This document shows positions 1 through 9,138 of a stretch of DNA of 40,672 nt, one piece after another. Each line of letters opens with the position of its first letter. Position 1 is the first letter of the stretch. The notes beneath the pieces were generated by a model. It saw only the letters and a program-made list of their open reading frames with translations. It ran no database searches and was not told the origin of the DNA. Origin of the DNA: Bacillota bacterium (lineage in GTDB: Bacteria; Bacillota; Clostridia; DSM-8532); the NCBI GenBank assembly GCA_023410885.1, contig JAEYPI010000050.1:1-40672 (forward strand). The letters run 5' to 3'. The translations under genes were made by a program, and so were the position numbers.

Positions 1-470
1 AAGCCATGACCATGGGTGATAATATCGTGGTCATGAACGAGGGGAAAATCATGCAGCAGGGGTCACCCACTGAAATTCACAATAATCCGGCCTGTATTTT
101 TGTTGCCAAATTTATCGGCGATCCGGGAATGAATATTGTGGATGTCGATGCTGAGTATTCTATCGGGTTCAGACCCCGAGATGTTCTCTTTGATTGCGGT
201 GAAGAATGCCATAGAGGGATGGTTATAAGAGGTAGAATAAAAAGCTTTGAAAATCACGGCTCAGAGTACCTGTACCTTGTTGAGTTCAGTGGAAAGACAG
301 TCTTTATAAAAGAACTTTCAAAGACACAGAGAACAATCGGAAGCGAAATTGTTTTCACGCTTTTAAAAGAAAACATATGCGTCTTCGATAAGGATGAGCT
401 GCGAGTTCGTGATGAGAAAGTGCTTGAGAGGGTTTATGGAGAATTTAAAAAGGGTTGGAGCAGTTTATAA
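1..470 (+). CDS. ABC transporter ATP-binding protein, C-terminal part (MalK/UgpC-like). The 5' end lies outside the window.
   Basis: The frame is open from base 3. '[46 protein letters not shown]' matches the post-H-loop region and the start of the MalK/UgpC regulatory C-domain. Two permease genes follow directly. Confidence 0.85.
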   Translation, partial: AMTMGDNIVVMNEGKIMQQGSPTEIHNNPACIFVAKFIGDPGMNIVDVDAEYSIGFRPRDVLFDCGEECHRGMVIRGRIKSFENHGSEYLYLVEFSGKTVFIKELSKTQRTIGSEIVFTLLKENICVFDKDELRVRDEKVLERVYGEFKKGWSSL

Positions 471-486
471 TGATTTTTGCGACAGG

Positions 487-1587
487 ATGGATGAGTGTAA
501 AAAAGCCATCAAGGGGTATATAAAAACTCGTCCTGTTGATGTAAAGGTGCTCATTCAAAAAGAGAAGCAAGAGATTAAGCGGCTTAAAGCCGAGCTCAAG
601 CGCTATCGGTATACCCTGTCGAAAGCGGAGCAAAAGGCCTATTCTGCATACAGTAAGATTCGTTTTGATATCAAACGTTGCGCGGTACTTAAGCGAGCCG
701 ATAAGGTGGAGTCCAAGATATTCAAAATACTGAATCCCGCTTACATATATATGATTCCTGCGGCATTCGGTGCCTTATTCTTTACCATTCTACCCTTTAT
801 CTTTATGATCGTAGGCTCCTTTTTTAAAGTGGACCTTGTAAGTTTGGAGAAATCCCAGTTCCGGGGGCTATGGAATTTTAAAATGATATTTACCAGGGAC
901 ACGGAATTTGTCCAGGCCATGTGGAACACAGTTTTATATGCTTTTATAACCGTCATTATGTTGATGGTCGTAACGGTCCTGATGGCAGCGTGGCTTTCTA
1001 AGAACACTAAAATACATAACTTTTCGCAAACATTGATTTTTACGCCCCATATTTCCTCGATGGTCGCCGTTTCGATTTTATGGGTGCTAATGCTTGATCC
1101 ACAGGGTATCATCAACCAGGCTCTCGCATTATTCGGTATAACGGGCCCTAATTGGCTGATGAGTACGAAAACCTCCCTGATATCGGTGGCCTTGGTAGCG
1201 GTTTGGAAATCGATCGGATATTATGTTTTGATTATCATTGCCGGACTCCAATCCTTGCCTCCGGACGTATATGAAGCTGCAAAATTGGACAAGGCAAGTA
1301 GGGTAAGGATATTTACAAGGATTACACTTCCTTTACTTTCACCCACCTTACTGTTTGTTTTTATAATGAAGTTCATCAACTCCTTTAAAGCTTTTGCGGC
1401 CATAGATCTGATGACCCAGGGTGGACCTCAGGGCTCATCAATGGTGCTTGGGTACTGGATTTATAATGCAGGCAGAGTTAAATTCAATTACGGTTTTGCT
1501 ATGGCGGGTTCTATTGTTCTGACTGTTATGGTTGCTGTATTTACTGTTGCCGCAAATAAGTTTTTCAAAAAAGGTAAGGGGCAGTAA
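487..1587 (+). CDS. ABC sugar-type permease (MalF/UgpA-like, CUT1) with a charged N-terminal extension.
   Basis: EAA loop 'EAAKLDKASRVRIFTRITLPLLSP' and multiple hydrophobic spans. The start is uncertain: in-frame candidates at 394, 412, 436 and 487. I chose 487, the first ATG after the upstream stop at 468-470. Confidence 0.85.
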   Translation: MDECKKAIKGYIKTRPVDVKVLIQKEKQEIKRLKAELKRYRYTLSKAEQKAYSAYSKIRFDIKRCAVLKRADKVESKIFKILNPAYIYMIPAAFGALFFTILPFIFMIVGSFFKVDLVSLEKSQFRGLWNFKMIFTRDTEFVQAMWNTVLYAFITVIMLMVVTVLMAAWLSKNTKIHNFSQTLIFTPHISSMVAVSILWVLMLDPQGIINQALALFGITGPNWLMSTKTSLISVALVAVWKSIGYYVLIIIAGLQSLPPDVYEAAKLDKASRVRIFTRITLPLLSPTLLFVFIMKFINSFKAFAAIDLMTQGGPQGSSMVLGYWIYNAGRVKFNYGFAMAGSIVLTVMVAVFTVAANKFFKKGKGQ

Positions 1588-1588
1588 T

Positions 1589-2509
1589 ATGAATTCTAAG
1601 AATTTAACCTTTAATACAGATGCCTATTCCCCAAAGCATATTGAGGATACCGAGAAATTCCTCTTTTTAAACAGGCTGAAGAAGCGCATAAAATATATCT
1701 TGAAAATAGTGAACTTTATCATACTAATAGGTATCGGGCTCTTCTTTGTTTATCCCTTTGCTTGGATGGCCTCCATGTCGCTGCGGCCCCTTGTTGAAGC
1801 CCTGTCCTTTGACCCCGGATTAATTGTTAAAAATCCACAATGGAGTAACTATGTTTATGCATGGAATCAGGCCCAAATATCCCACTACGTCGGTAACTCC
1901 ATCAAGTATTCAATCCTCGTCATTGGCCTGCAGTATTTAGCGATTATACCTGCGGCTTATGCTTTTGCCACGATGGAGTTTAAGGGCAAGAAGTTCTTGT
2001 GGGCAACGAAGTATCTGGGAATGATGCTTCCTGCGGAAGCCACACTGATTCCGGTATATTTCTTTTACAGTAAAATGGGGCTTGTTGACACTTGGGGTGG
2101 ACTGATCCTGCCCTCGCTGTTCTCTATGTTTGGTATTTATATGTTTATGAACGCCTTCCAGCAGGTTCCGAAGGAGATTATCGAATCGGCCAGGATGGAC
2201 AAGGCCAAGAACCGGACCATCATGCTGAAAATCATGCTGCCAATGGTGGCCCCGGTAATGGTAACGCACTTGATCACTTCATTTATAAGCAATTGGAATG
2301 AATACTATTGGGTACTTGTTATGACGAATTCCGAGACCATAAGAACACTTCCGGTAGCACTTAGAGGACTGCTTCAGGTAGACGACGGCGTACCTCAATG
2401 GAATGTTGTTATGGCGGGTACAATGATTCAATTAGCTCCTGTTCTGCTGATGTACATCTTTGCAAGCGGTAAAGTTAAAACAGCCATGGTGGGAAGTATC
2501 AAAAAGTAA
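1589..2509 (+). CDS. ABC sugar-type permease (MalG/UgpE-like, CUT1).
   Basis: 'ESARMDKAKNRTIMLKIMLPMVAP' EAA loop and six hydrophobic spans. ATG at 1589 lies 1 nt after the upstream stop and is preceded by 'aaggtaagggg'. Confidence 0.85.
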   Translation: MNSKNLTFNTDAYSPKHIEDTEKFLFLNRLKKRIKYILKIVNFIILIGIGLFFVYPFAWMASMSLRPLVEALSFDPGLIVKNPQWSNYVYAWNQAQISHYVGNSIKYSILVIGLQYLAIIPAAYAFATMEFKGKKFLWATKYLGMMLPAEATLIPVYFFYSKMGLVDTWGGLILPSLFSMFGIYMFMNAFQQVPKEIIESARMDKAKNRTIMLKIMLPMVAPVMVTHLITSFISNWNEYYWVLVMTNSETIRTLPVALRGLLQVDDGVPQWNVVMAGTMIQLAPVLLMYIFASGKVKTAMVGSIKK

Positions 2510-2608
2510 AAAAGTTTTTTCGGCTTTGATCAGGATTCCATTTTTATTGAGTCCGTGGTTGAGCTGGAGATACATAAATTAAGACTAAGATTACAAGGAG
2601 GAACAATC

Positions 2609-4108
2609 ATGAAAAAGCTCACTAAAATCATTACTGTGCTCCTGGTTCTAACAATGATGTTTTCATTGGCCGCATGTGGCGCAGGAAGCAATCCGGCTAC
2701 TTCCTCTCCGACGGAAAGTGCACCTTCAGAAACAGCTCCTGCAACCACTGCAATTGCCGAACCGTCAGCTACACCGGATGGGTCAAAGCCTGTTGATGAG
2801 GCTCTGTACCCCTCGGACAAGAAGTGGGACACTCTTGAAGCTAAAAATGCTGAGCCGATTAACATCACCATGTGGATACCCAACTCTGCTACCTCGTCCA
2901 TGGGAACAGCCTTTGGAGAGCTTGCTGATAAGTACAATCGTGAGCAGGCTGAGAAATTCCCCGGCAAGAACATAACTGTAACTGTTGAGTACCAGGATAC
3001 CTCAGGCGCTCTAAACACAAAACTACAGGCTTCCATCCTGGCCAATAACAACCCGGTTATTTCGGCCGTTGGTGTTTCCTCAGTGCCCCTTTATGAGTCC
3101 AGAGCGGTTGATTTGAGAAACGTTTATACTTATCAAGAGCTACAGGGTCTGAATCAGGGTTTACTGCAGTACTCTTTATATAATGGTAAGTTCTTGTTAA
3201 ATCCTTATTTCCCCAGTGCCAGCAATATTATTGTAGCAAATAAGACATTAATCGAGTCAAAAGGTCTTAAGCTTCCAACACCCGAGTCCATCCTAAGTGA
3301 TCCCGAGAGCTCAAACTGGACCTGGGATGAGTTTAAGAAAATTGCAGTTGCTGTTACCACTGTTAACAGTGCTGATGCAACCAAGAGCGTCTACGGCTTT
3401 GCTACCGGAAGCGTTGACCCAGTGGGTATGATGTTCCAGCAGGGCGGCAAGCTCTATAATGATACGGTTACAGACATTGAATTTGACAAGGATGACAAAA
3501 TAAAAGTAGGTTTGGAATTCTGGCGCTCACTTGTAACCGAAGGCGCTATGATCAATCCTAATTCAAGAGCGAACCACGGAACTGTTATTACTTCTGAATT
3601 CTATAGCGGCAATGTCGGAATGATCTTTACCACCTCCTCTAACCTGACGACCATGACGGAGAAGGCGAAGGAAGCAGGCTTTGAAATCGAGGTTCTGCCC
3701 TTCCCGAAGAAGACAAGCTTCTATACAAACCAAGGCGGTTCGGGTATAATTCTTCTGGATAACAAACCTCAGTCTGAGATAGAAGCGGGTGCGGATTTCT
3801 TAAGATGGCTGAACAAGCCCGAGAATGTTGCCCATATGTGTGCAAAATCAGGCTATTTGCCTGTCAATCCCGAAGCGGCAAAAGAAGCGGAACTCATCTC
3901 CATCTATGAAGAAATACCTGCATTGAAGATCGCCGGCGAATATATGCAATTTGGTATCAGGTCACCCCAGGGCAAGGCCAAAGCTGCTGCCGACAAGAAG
4001 GTCAACGATTATGCAAAGTTAATATGGTTCGAAGTTGACAAGCCAATCGATGATATTGTTAAAGAGCTGATTAATGAAGCGACCTATGAAATTGAGGCAA
4101 ATCAGTAA
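2609..4108 (+). CDS. Extracellular solute-binding lipoprotein (family 1 SBP) of the ABC importer.
   Basis: AAGGAGG at 2595-2601, then ATG at 2609. Signal peptide plus lipobox 'MKKLTKIITVLLVLTMMFSLAAC', then an S/P/T/A-rich linker. Length and context fit a CUT1 SBP. Confidence 0.85.
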   Translation: MKKLTKIITVLLVLTMMFSLAACGAGSNPATSSPTESAPSETAPATTAIAEPSATPDGSKPVDEALYPSDKKWDTLEAKNAEPINITMWIPNSATSSMGTAFGELADKYNREQAEKFPGKNITVTVEYQDTSGALNTKLQASILANNNPVISAVGVSSVPLYESRAVDLRNVYTYQELQGLNQGLLQYSLYNGKFLLNPYFPSASNIIVANKTLIESKGLKLPTPESILSDPESSNWTWDEFKKIAVAVTTVNSADATKSVYGFATGSVDPVGMMFQQGGKLYNDTVTDIEFDKDDKIKVGLEFWRSLVTEGAMINPNSRANHGTVITSEFYSGNVGMIFTTSSNLTTMTEKAKEAGFEIEVLPFPKKTSFYTNQGGSGIILLDNKPQSEIEAGADFLRWLNKPENVAHMCAKSGYLPVNPEAAKEAELISIYEEIPALKIAGEYMQFGIRSPQGKAKAAADKKVNDYAKLIWFEVDKPIDDIVKELINEATYEIEANQ

Positions 4109-5373
4109 TGAGAAAAGATAATGGTTCAGTAACTTTTTCAGTAATAGGTTTAGGTGGACGCGGAAGCGTCTACCTAAACGCTTTAGAGGAAAATTTCAAG
4201 GGAAGCTATTTACTTGCGGCCATAGCAGAGCCCGATAAGTCAAGGCAAGATAAAATAAAGGCCCAATATGGGCTTTCAGAAGATCGTATTTTTAACACTG
4301 ACGAAGAATTTCTTGACCAAGAAAGGCTTTCCGATGTTGCGATAGTGTCCACTCAGGACAGGCTTCATAAAAACGAAGTGTTAAAGCTTCTTGACAAGGG
4401 GTATGATATCATACTGGAAAAGCCCATCTCCACCAAGCTTGACGAGGTGATGGCAATATACGAGTATGCCAAGCAGTACCCTGAGCAGATTGTAGTTGTT
4501 TGTCATGTGTTAAGATACACGCCGTTTTTTAATACCATCAAAAAAATAATAGACTCAAAAGAGCTTGGTAATGTTGTGACAATCGCCCACAATGAGAACA
4601 TCGGCTATTATCATTTTGCCCATAGCTATGTCAGAGGACCCTGGAACAACGCCCTGACAAGCGCGCCTCTTGCAGTGACAAAAAGCTGTCATGACTTTGA
4701 TATCCTGCTCTACCTCCTTGGCGATAAGCGCACCAGACGTATCTCATCCTTCGGCAGCCTGTCCTATTTCTGTAAAAGGAATTTTGATGAGGGCAAGATG
4801 GCTGATTATTGCATTGATTGCCAAATAGAAAATAAATGTCCCTATTCTGCTCTGAAGATTTATAATGGTAAAAAAATTAAATCGGTTGTTTTCGACTTTT
4901 CCAGTGTCGAAAAAGTGCGTCAAAACATGGGCGCTTCCAAATACGGACGCTGTGTCTTTAATTGTGACAACAATGTGGTTGATCACCAATCGACGATTAT
5001 TGAATTTGAAGATGGCATAACCGCAACCTTTTCCCTCAGCGCCTTTACCCCAAAGGTCAACAGAACCCTGAAGATAACCTGTGAGAAAGGTGAAATAAGG
5101 GCTGCAGAAAAGCCTTATGTTATCGAGGTAAGCAATTTTTTAACAGGTGAAACAAAAACCCTGGAGCTGAACATTACAGAGAATGGACATGGCGGTGGCG
5201 ATAAAGGCTTTATTATGGAATTTATGCGGGCTTACCAACAAGGTGAAGAACCTGCGTCAACGCTACCCCAATCAGTAGAATCTCACGTGATGGCGTTTTT
5301 GGCGGAAAAATCGAGGAAGGAGGGTGGAATTCCCCAAAGTGTTTCTGGTTTTTTGGCTCAACATAATAGCTAA
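4108..5373 (+). CDS. Gfo/Idh/MocA family NAD(P)-dependent oxidoreductase (421 aa, Cys-rich insert subfamily).
   Basis: N-terminal Rossmann 'FSVIGLGGRGSVY', the 'LEKP' motif, 'AHSYVRGPWNN...KSCHDFDILLYL', and the cluster 'CIDCQIENKCPYSA'. The start overlaps the SBP stop (TAATG). Confidence 0.8.
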   Translation: MRKDNGSVTFSVIGLGGRGSVYLNALEENFKGSYLLAAIAEPDKSRQDKIKAQYGLSEDRIFNTDEEFLDQERLSDVAIVSTQDRLHKNEVLKLLDKGYDIILEKPISTKLDEVMAIYEYAKQYPEQIVVVCHVLRYTPFFNTIKKIIDSKELGNVVTIAHNENIGYYHFAHSYVRGPWNNALTSAPLAVTKSCHDFDILLYLLGDKRTRRISSFGSLSYFCKRNFDEGKMADYCIDCQIENKCPYSALKIYNGKKIKSVVFDFSSVEKVRQNMGASKYGRCVFNCDNNVVDHQSTIIEFEDGITATFSLSAFTPKVNRTLKITCEKGEIRAAEKPYVIEVSNFLTGETKTLELNITENGHGGGDKGFIMEFMRAYQQGEEPASTLPQSVESHVMAFLAEKSRKEGGIPQSVSGFLAQHNS

Positions 5374-5387
5374 GAGGGTCGTGTAAG

Positions 5388-5900
5388 ATGGAATATGAAG
5401 TTGCCCCGTTTTCCAGGCGAATAGGGGCTTTTATCCTTGATTTTATAGCTGTCTATTTAATTTGGTATCTTTTTACCCAAAGGGATTTGGAGAAGATCAA
5501 TGAGATTATGATGACCCTAAATCCCATGTCGGAGGGCCTATTGGATGTTCTCGCAGAAGGCATTATCAAGCTGTATGTTGCTTTTATTTTGAAGCTCCTT
5601 TTTGTGCAGACCCTCTATTATTCCCTTGTGCCCTCCGTTATCGGAAGGGGACGGACCATTGGCAAGCTCATCTGCCGGATAAGTATGCTTGATTCGGAAA
5701 CCTTGAAGGAGATAACCCCGACAAAACTGATTTTTAGAGAATTTGTGCTCAGAGGTCTGTTTGAAACACTCCTTGTAGTGCCTTTTTTCGTGTCGATATT
5801 CATGGCGTTTTTTACAAAGAAAGCAACTGCTATTCATGATCTCTGGGCAAAGACTGTGGTAGTTAAGGATTCTTTTTTATGTGGTGATGATAATGAATGA
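5388..5900 (+). CDS. RDD family integral membrane protein.
   Basis: 'FSRRIGAFILDFIAVYLIWYL' (R and D), the central 'GRTIGKLICRI', the terminal 'IHDLWAKTVVV' (D), and three hydrophobic spans. Confidence 0.7.
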   Translation: MEYEVAPFSRRIGAFILDFIAVYLIWYLFTQRDLEKINEIMMTLNPMSEGLLDVLAEGIIKLYVAFILKLLFVQTLYYSLVPSVIGRGRTIGKLICRISMLDSETLKEITPTKLIFREFVLRGLFETLLVVPFFVSIFMAFFTKKATAIHDLWAKTVVVKDSFLCGDDNE

Positions 5901-6963
5901 GATCAGAAAAGTTAATGCCTATGAGTTTGAGCAGGCAATAGCCTTTGCCAATCATCAGTTTAGTCTTGATTTTTATAAGACTCACCCCAAGCTTTATGGC
6001 CATTATGGCGCTGGTATACATTACGCCTGCTTTGACCATGACCGGATTATAGGGTTGTTGTCGGCATATCCCGTAGCCGCAATGGGTATAAAGATCTTAT
6101 CCGTGGGTACTGTTTGCGTATCAGAGGCGTCTCGCGGCCGTGGAATAATGGGGGAGCTATTCGAATTTGCTTCCCGGGAGCTTTTCCCTGAATATGATTT
6201 AGTGGTACTCATCGGATCAAGGGAGCGATACGAGTATTTTGGATTTTATAAAACAGGAAAAAAAGTAGTCTTTAACATAAAGCGACAGTCAAAAGCCGCT
6301 GATCCAATTGAAATCAAGGAAATCACAGAAAGCACAGTAATCGATCCTGTCGTTAAGTTGTATAACGGTGATATACAAAGGGAGAAAGATCGGTTCTTTA
6401 ATATACTCAGGTCGCAGCTTAGTAAAGTTTATCTTCTTAACTTGAACGGAAAGCAAAGTTACATTGTCTATAACGAAAAAAAGAATGCTGTATTTGAGTT
6501 TGATGGTGAGATAGAGACAAGTATGGCGTTGCAGGGCTTTATGGCGTATGAAAACCTTATGTCCCTGGAGCTATACGCCTCTCTTGATTGTGATAAAAAG
6601 CTCTTTTCTTTAATGGACCGGTATGGGGTCTCAACCCTATGCAACATGAAGATGATGGATTATAAAAGGACCCTAACTGTCCTTTTAAATAAAGTAAAGC
6701 ACAAGCCTGACGGAAGACTAAAACTTGCTGTGGACTGCAAATTTTCTGTCGATATTACGGTTTCATCCGGAAATGTTGACGTAAGAATAAGTGAAGATAT
6801 GGAAAATAGCGATATGTCTCTATCTGAAAAAGAGCTTTATTACTTACTTTTCGATGATTATTTTCTTATGGGCGGCGATGTAAACCATCCAAAATCACAG
6901 TTGCTCCATTCCTGGTTTCCACTTCCTCTTTGGAATACGCTGACAACTCTCGACGGGATTTAA
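5893..6963 (+). CDS. GNAT family N-acetyltransferase with a long C-terminal extension (possible Eis-like architecture).
   Basis: Acetyl-CoA loop-like 'VSEASRGRGIMGELFEFASREL' followed by 'YEYFGFYKTG'. About 200 further residues resemble the second domains of Eis-type enzymes. The start could be 5881, 5887 or 5893, and it overlaps the RDD stop. Confidence 0.6.
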   Translation: MNEIRKVNAYEFEQAIAFANHQFSLDFYKTHPKLYGHYGAGIHYACFDHDRIIGLLSAYPVAAMGIKILSVGTVCVSEASRGRGIMGELFEFASRELFPEYDLVVLIGSRERYEYFGFYKTGKKVVFNIKRQSKAADPIEIKEITESTVIDPVVKLYNGDIQREKDRFFNILRSQLSKVYLLNLNGKQSYIVYNEKKNAVFEFDGEIETSMALQGFMAYENLMSLELYASLDCDKKLFSLMDRYGVSTLCNMKMMDYKRTLTVLLNKVKHKPDGRLKLAVDCKFSVDITVSSGNVDVRISEDMENSDMSLSEKELYYLLFDDYFLMGGDVNHPKSQLLHSWFPLPLWNTLTTLDGI

Positions 6964-6974
6964 GAGGTGAAAGA

Positions 6975-8213
6975 ATGAAAGAAAAAAAGATTGTATACAT
7001 TAATTTGGACGGGTTTTCCTACTCCTATTTTGAGCGGCTTAAAAAAAGCGGAGAAGTGCAGGGGCTTTGCTCACTAGCAAAGGAAGGCCTGCTTTTTAAT
7101 AATTTGCACAGCGGCATCGTCTCCATTACAAATCCAATGCAAAGCGCGATTCTGGCGGGAGCCTGGAGCAACAAAACCCATAATTTCTACCAGCATTATG
7201 ATTCGGAAACAAGACAAGTGGTCAAGCACTATCGCACCTTTGATGCGGAAAACATAGCTGAGGTTATGATCAGTAATGGCAAAAAAGTGGTCTCAATCCA
7301 TCAATTTATGCTGGAGAACAACCCATGCCAGGAAGGCGTGTTTGACTGTGCGTATATCAAGTCACCCGTCCCTCAAAGCACCTATATGGAGCGCTTTGCC
7401 CTTCTTAAGAAACTGGTGCTGAAGGAACCCGTGAAATCGGGGGACGCCTATTTTGTCTATGGCGAGATTCCAGACTTTGTGGCTCTGTATATAGATGATT
7501 TGGATTCTTTGGGTCATAACAATGAATACGATGGTTACCCGAAAAGACATGTACCCGAGGAGCGATTCTCCGACATTGCCAAGCGCATCAAAGGGATTGA
7601 AGCGGAGTTGGTCTCATTTGTCAGCCTTTGCAAAGCGGAAGGATTCTATGACGACCTGCTGATTCTTATAACGACCGATCACGGTATGACACCATTTTTC
7701 GGCCAATCCAGGCTGTCTGAGCTTATTAACGCTATTAACGCTTTAGGTATAAAGACTGACACTCCTGACAGTGTTAGTGATGAAACAGAAATTGTAGCGT
7801 TGCCGTATACCATCGAATGCTCGTTGTATTATCAAAAGCCCTTGTCAAGCGAAAAGGAAGAGCAGCTCACAAGCCTTCTTCATTCCCTTGAATATGTGGA
7901 GCACGTTTTTACAAAATCACAGCTTTTGAAAGAATACGGCTTTGACGAACGGGGGCCTCAGTTCTTGCTTTCACCCCGATCCGGCATGCATTTTTACCGT
8001 CGTGACATGATTGAATACTACGGGGCGAGCCATGACTCCTTTGATGAAACATCCCAGCGTATTTTCGGGCTACTTCTGGGCCAAAGCGTGCTTCCTTCAG
8101 AATGCAATGATAGAGTGTATAGCATTGACCTGCTTCCCAGCGTATTGCATCAAGCCAAAGGGCTTAAGATGAAGGATGCGGCGGGAAGGGTTTTTAAAAG
8201 CTGGTTTAAATAA
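6975..8213 (+). CDS. Cytoplasmic alkaline-phosphatase-superfamily enzyme, type I phosphodiesterase / nucleotide pyrophosphatase (NPP, PF01663-like).
   Basis: 'YINLDGFSYSYF' (NPP DGFR-type metal site), 'SITNPMQSAILAG' (candidate Thr nucleophile region), 'YIDDLDSLGHNNEY', 'ITTDHGM'. No signal peptide. RBS 'agaggtga' lies before ATG 6975. Confidence 0.75.
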   Translation: MKEKKIVYINLDGFSYSYFERLKKSGEVQGLCSLAKEGLLFNNLHSGIVSITNPMQSAILAGAWSNKTHNFYQHYDSETRQVVKHYRTFDAENIAEVMISNGKKVVSIHQFMLENNPCQEGVFDCAYIKSPVPQSTYMERFALLKKLVLKEPVKSGDAYFVYGEIPDFVALYIDDLDSLGHNNEYDGYPKRHVPEERFSDIAKRIKGIEAELVSFVSLCKAEGFYDDLLILITTDHGMTPFFGQSRLSELINAINALGIKTDTPDSVSDETEIVALPYTIECSLYYQKPLSSEKEEQLTSLLHSLEYVEHVFTKSQLLKEYGFDERGPQFLLSPRSGMHFYRRDMIEYYGASHDSFDETSQRIFGLLLGQSVLPSECNDRVYSIDLLPSVLHQAKGLKMKDAAGRVFKSWFK

Positions 8214-8250
8214 TGACGCTTTGTGATTTATAATTATAAACAAGCGTATC

Positions 8251-8290
8251 AACAAAATTACCAATGCGGAAGCAAGGTAATTTTGTTTTA
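8251..8290 (+). terminator. Intrinsic terminator closing the ABC/NPP operon.
   Basis: 12-bp stem aacaaaattacc (8251-8262) / ggtaattttgtt (8276-8287) with a 13-nt loop. The 3' arm and flank are T-rich (ttttgtttta). Confidence 0.55.
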
Positions 8291-8324
8291 TCTGTGGTAA
8301 AATACTTAAAAGAGAGGTGATAGA

Positions 8325-9098
8325 ATGTTTCAGAGCTTCCCTATTGAAAAGATTAACTCCCTCAGTCCAATGGAACTGGATGTCCTCCGCTATATCAATA
8401 GTAACAGGAGTGCGGTCTTAACCCTTTCAATTCAGGAACTGGCCAAAAAGATATTTGTCTCGACCACCACTATCATTAGGCTTTGCAAGAAGCTGGATTT
8501 GGATGGCTACAGCCATTTGAAATATTTTATCAAAGAGCAGTTGGCAAGTGAGAAACCGGGTGTGAATAGCAGTCCCTTGATGTCATTGGAAGAAATTATT
8601 AACGAAGAGCTTTCTGATATCATAAAGACTGCTCAGGGAATCGACGGAAAAGCAGTACAAGAAATTGCAAAATTCATGCAGCAGTATACCCAGATCCATT
8701 TCTTTGCCAAGGGCCTGACGAATATTGTTTTTGATTATACGGCCCGCCATTTGTTGTCGTTGTCGCGACATGTTGTTCGTTATGAGGACACACATATCGC
8801 CTATGTCCAAGCGGGGAATATGAGCGAAAAGGACATCATCTTTTTGGGATCAATCAGCGGAGAAACCGAACAGGTCGTCAGAGTCGCGCAAATCGCTAAG
8901 TCAAAAGGAGCAAAAGTTGTTACCTTTACAGCGACTCCTTCTTCACAGCTTTCAAAAATCGGTGATTATAATTTCCTTCTCGTCAACAACGCCAAAACAA
9001 CTCTCGACATTGATACAAAATCCCGTTGCCAGCTGATGTTCGTTTTAAATGTCATTGTCAAATCCTACGTCCAGCTCACGCAAAAAGAAGGACAGTGA
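8325..9098 (+). CDS. MurR/RpiR family transcriptional regulator (HTH_6 + SIS domain).
   Basis: N-terminal 'LSIQELAKKIFVSTTTIIRLCKKLDLDGYSHLKY' HTH and a C-terminal SIS-like 'IIFLGSISGETEQVVRVAQIAKSKGAKVVTFT'. Confidence 0.85.
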   Translation: MFQSFPIEKINSLSPMELDVLRYINSNRSAVLTLSIQELAKKIFVSTTTIIRLCKKLDLDGYSHLKYFIKEQLASEKPGVNSSPLMSLEEIINEELSDIIKTAQGIDGKAVQEIAKFMQQYTQIHFFAKGLTNIVFDYTARHLLSLSRHVVRYEDTHIAYVQAGNMSEKDIIFLGSISGETEQVVRVAQIAKSKGAKVVTFTATPSSQLSKIGDYNFLLVNNAKTTLDIDTKSRCQLMFVLNVIVKSYVQLTQKEGQ

Positions 9099-9138
9099 TG
9101 CTTTTTCCTTAAAGCTACTCAACTTGGAGGCTATATTT

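Noticed and set aside
2530-3051. 173-aa minus-strand ORF (and the 99-aa plus-strand ORF 2676-2975) inside the SBP gene.
   Set aside because: It is antisense or out of frame to a well-supported lipoprotein gene, with low-complexity, S/A/V-rich translation and no RBS. This is a typical shadow ORF.
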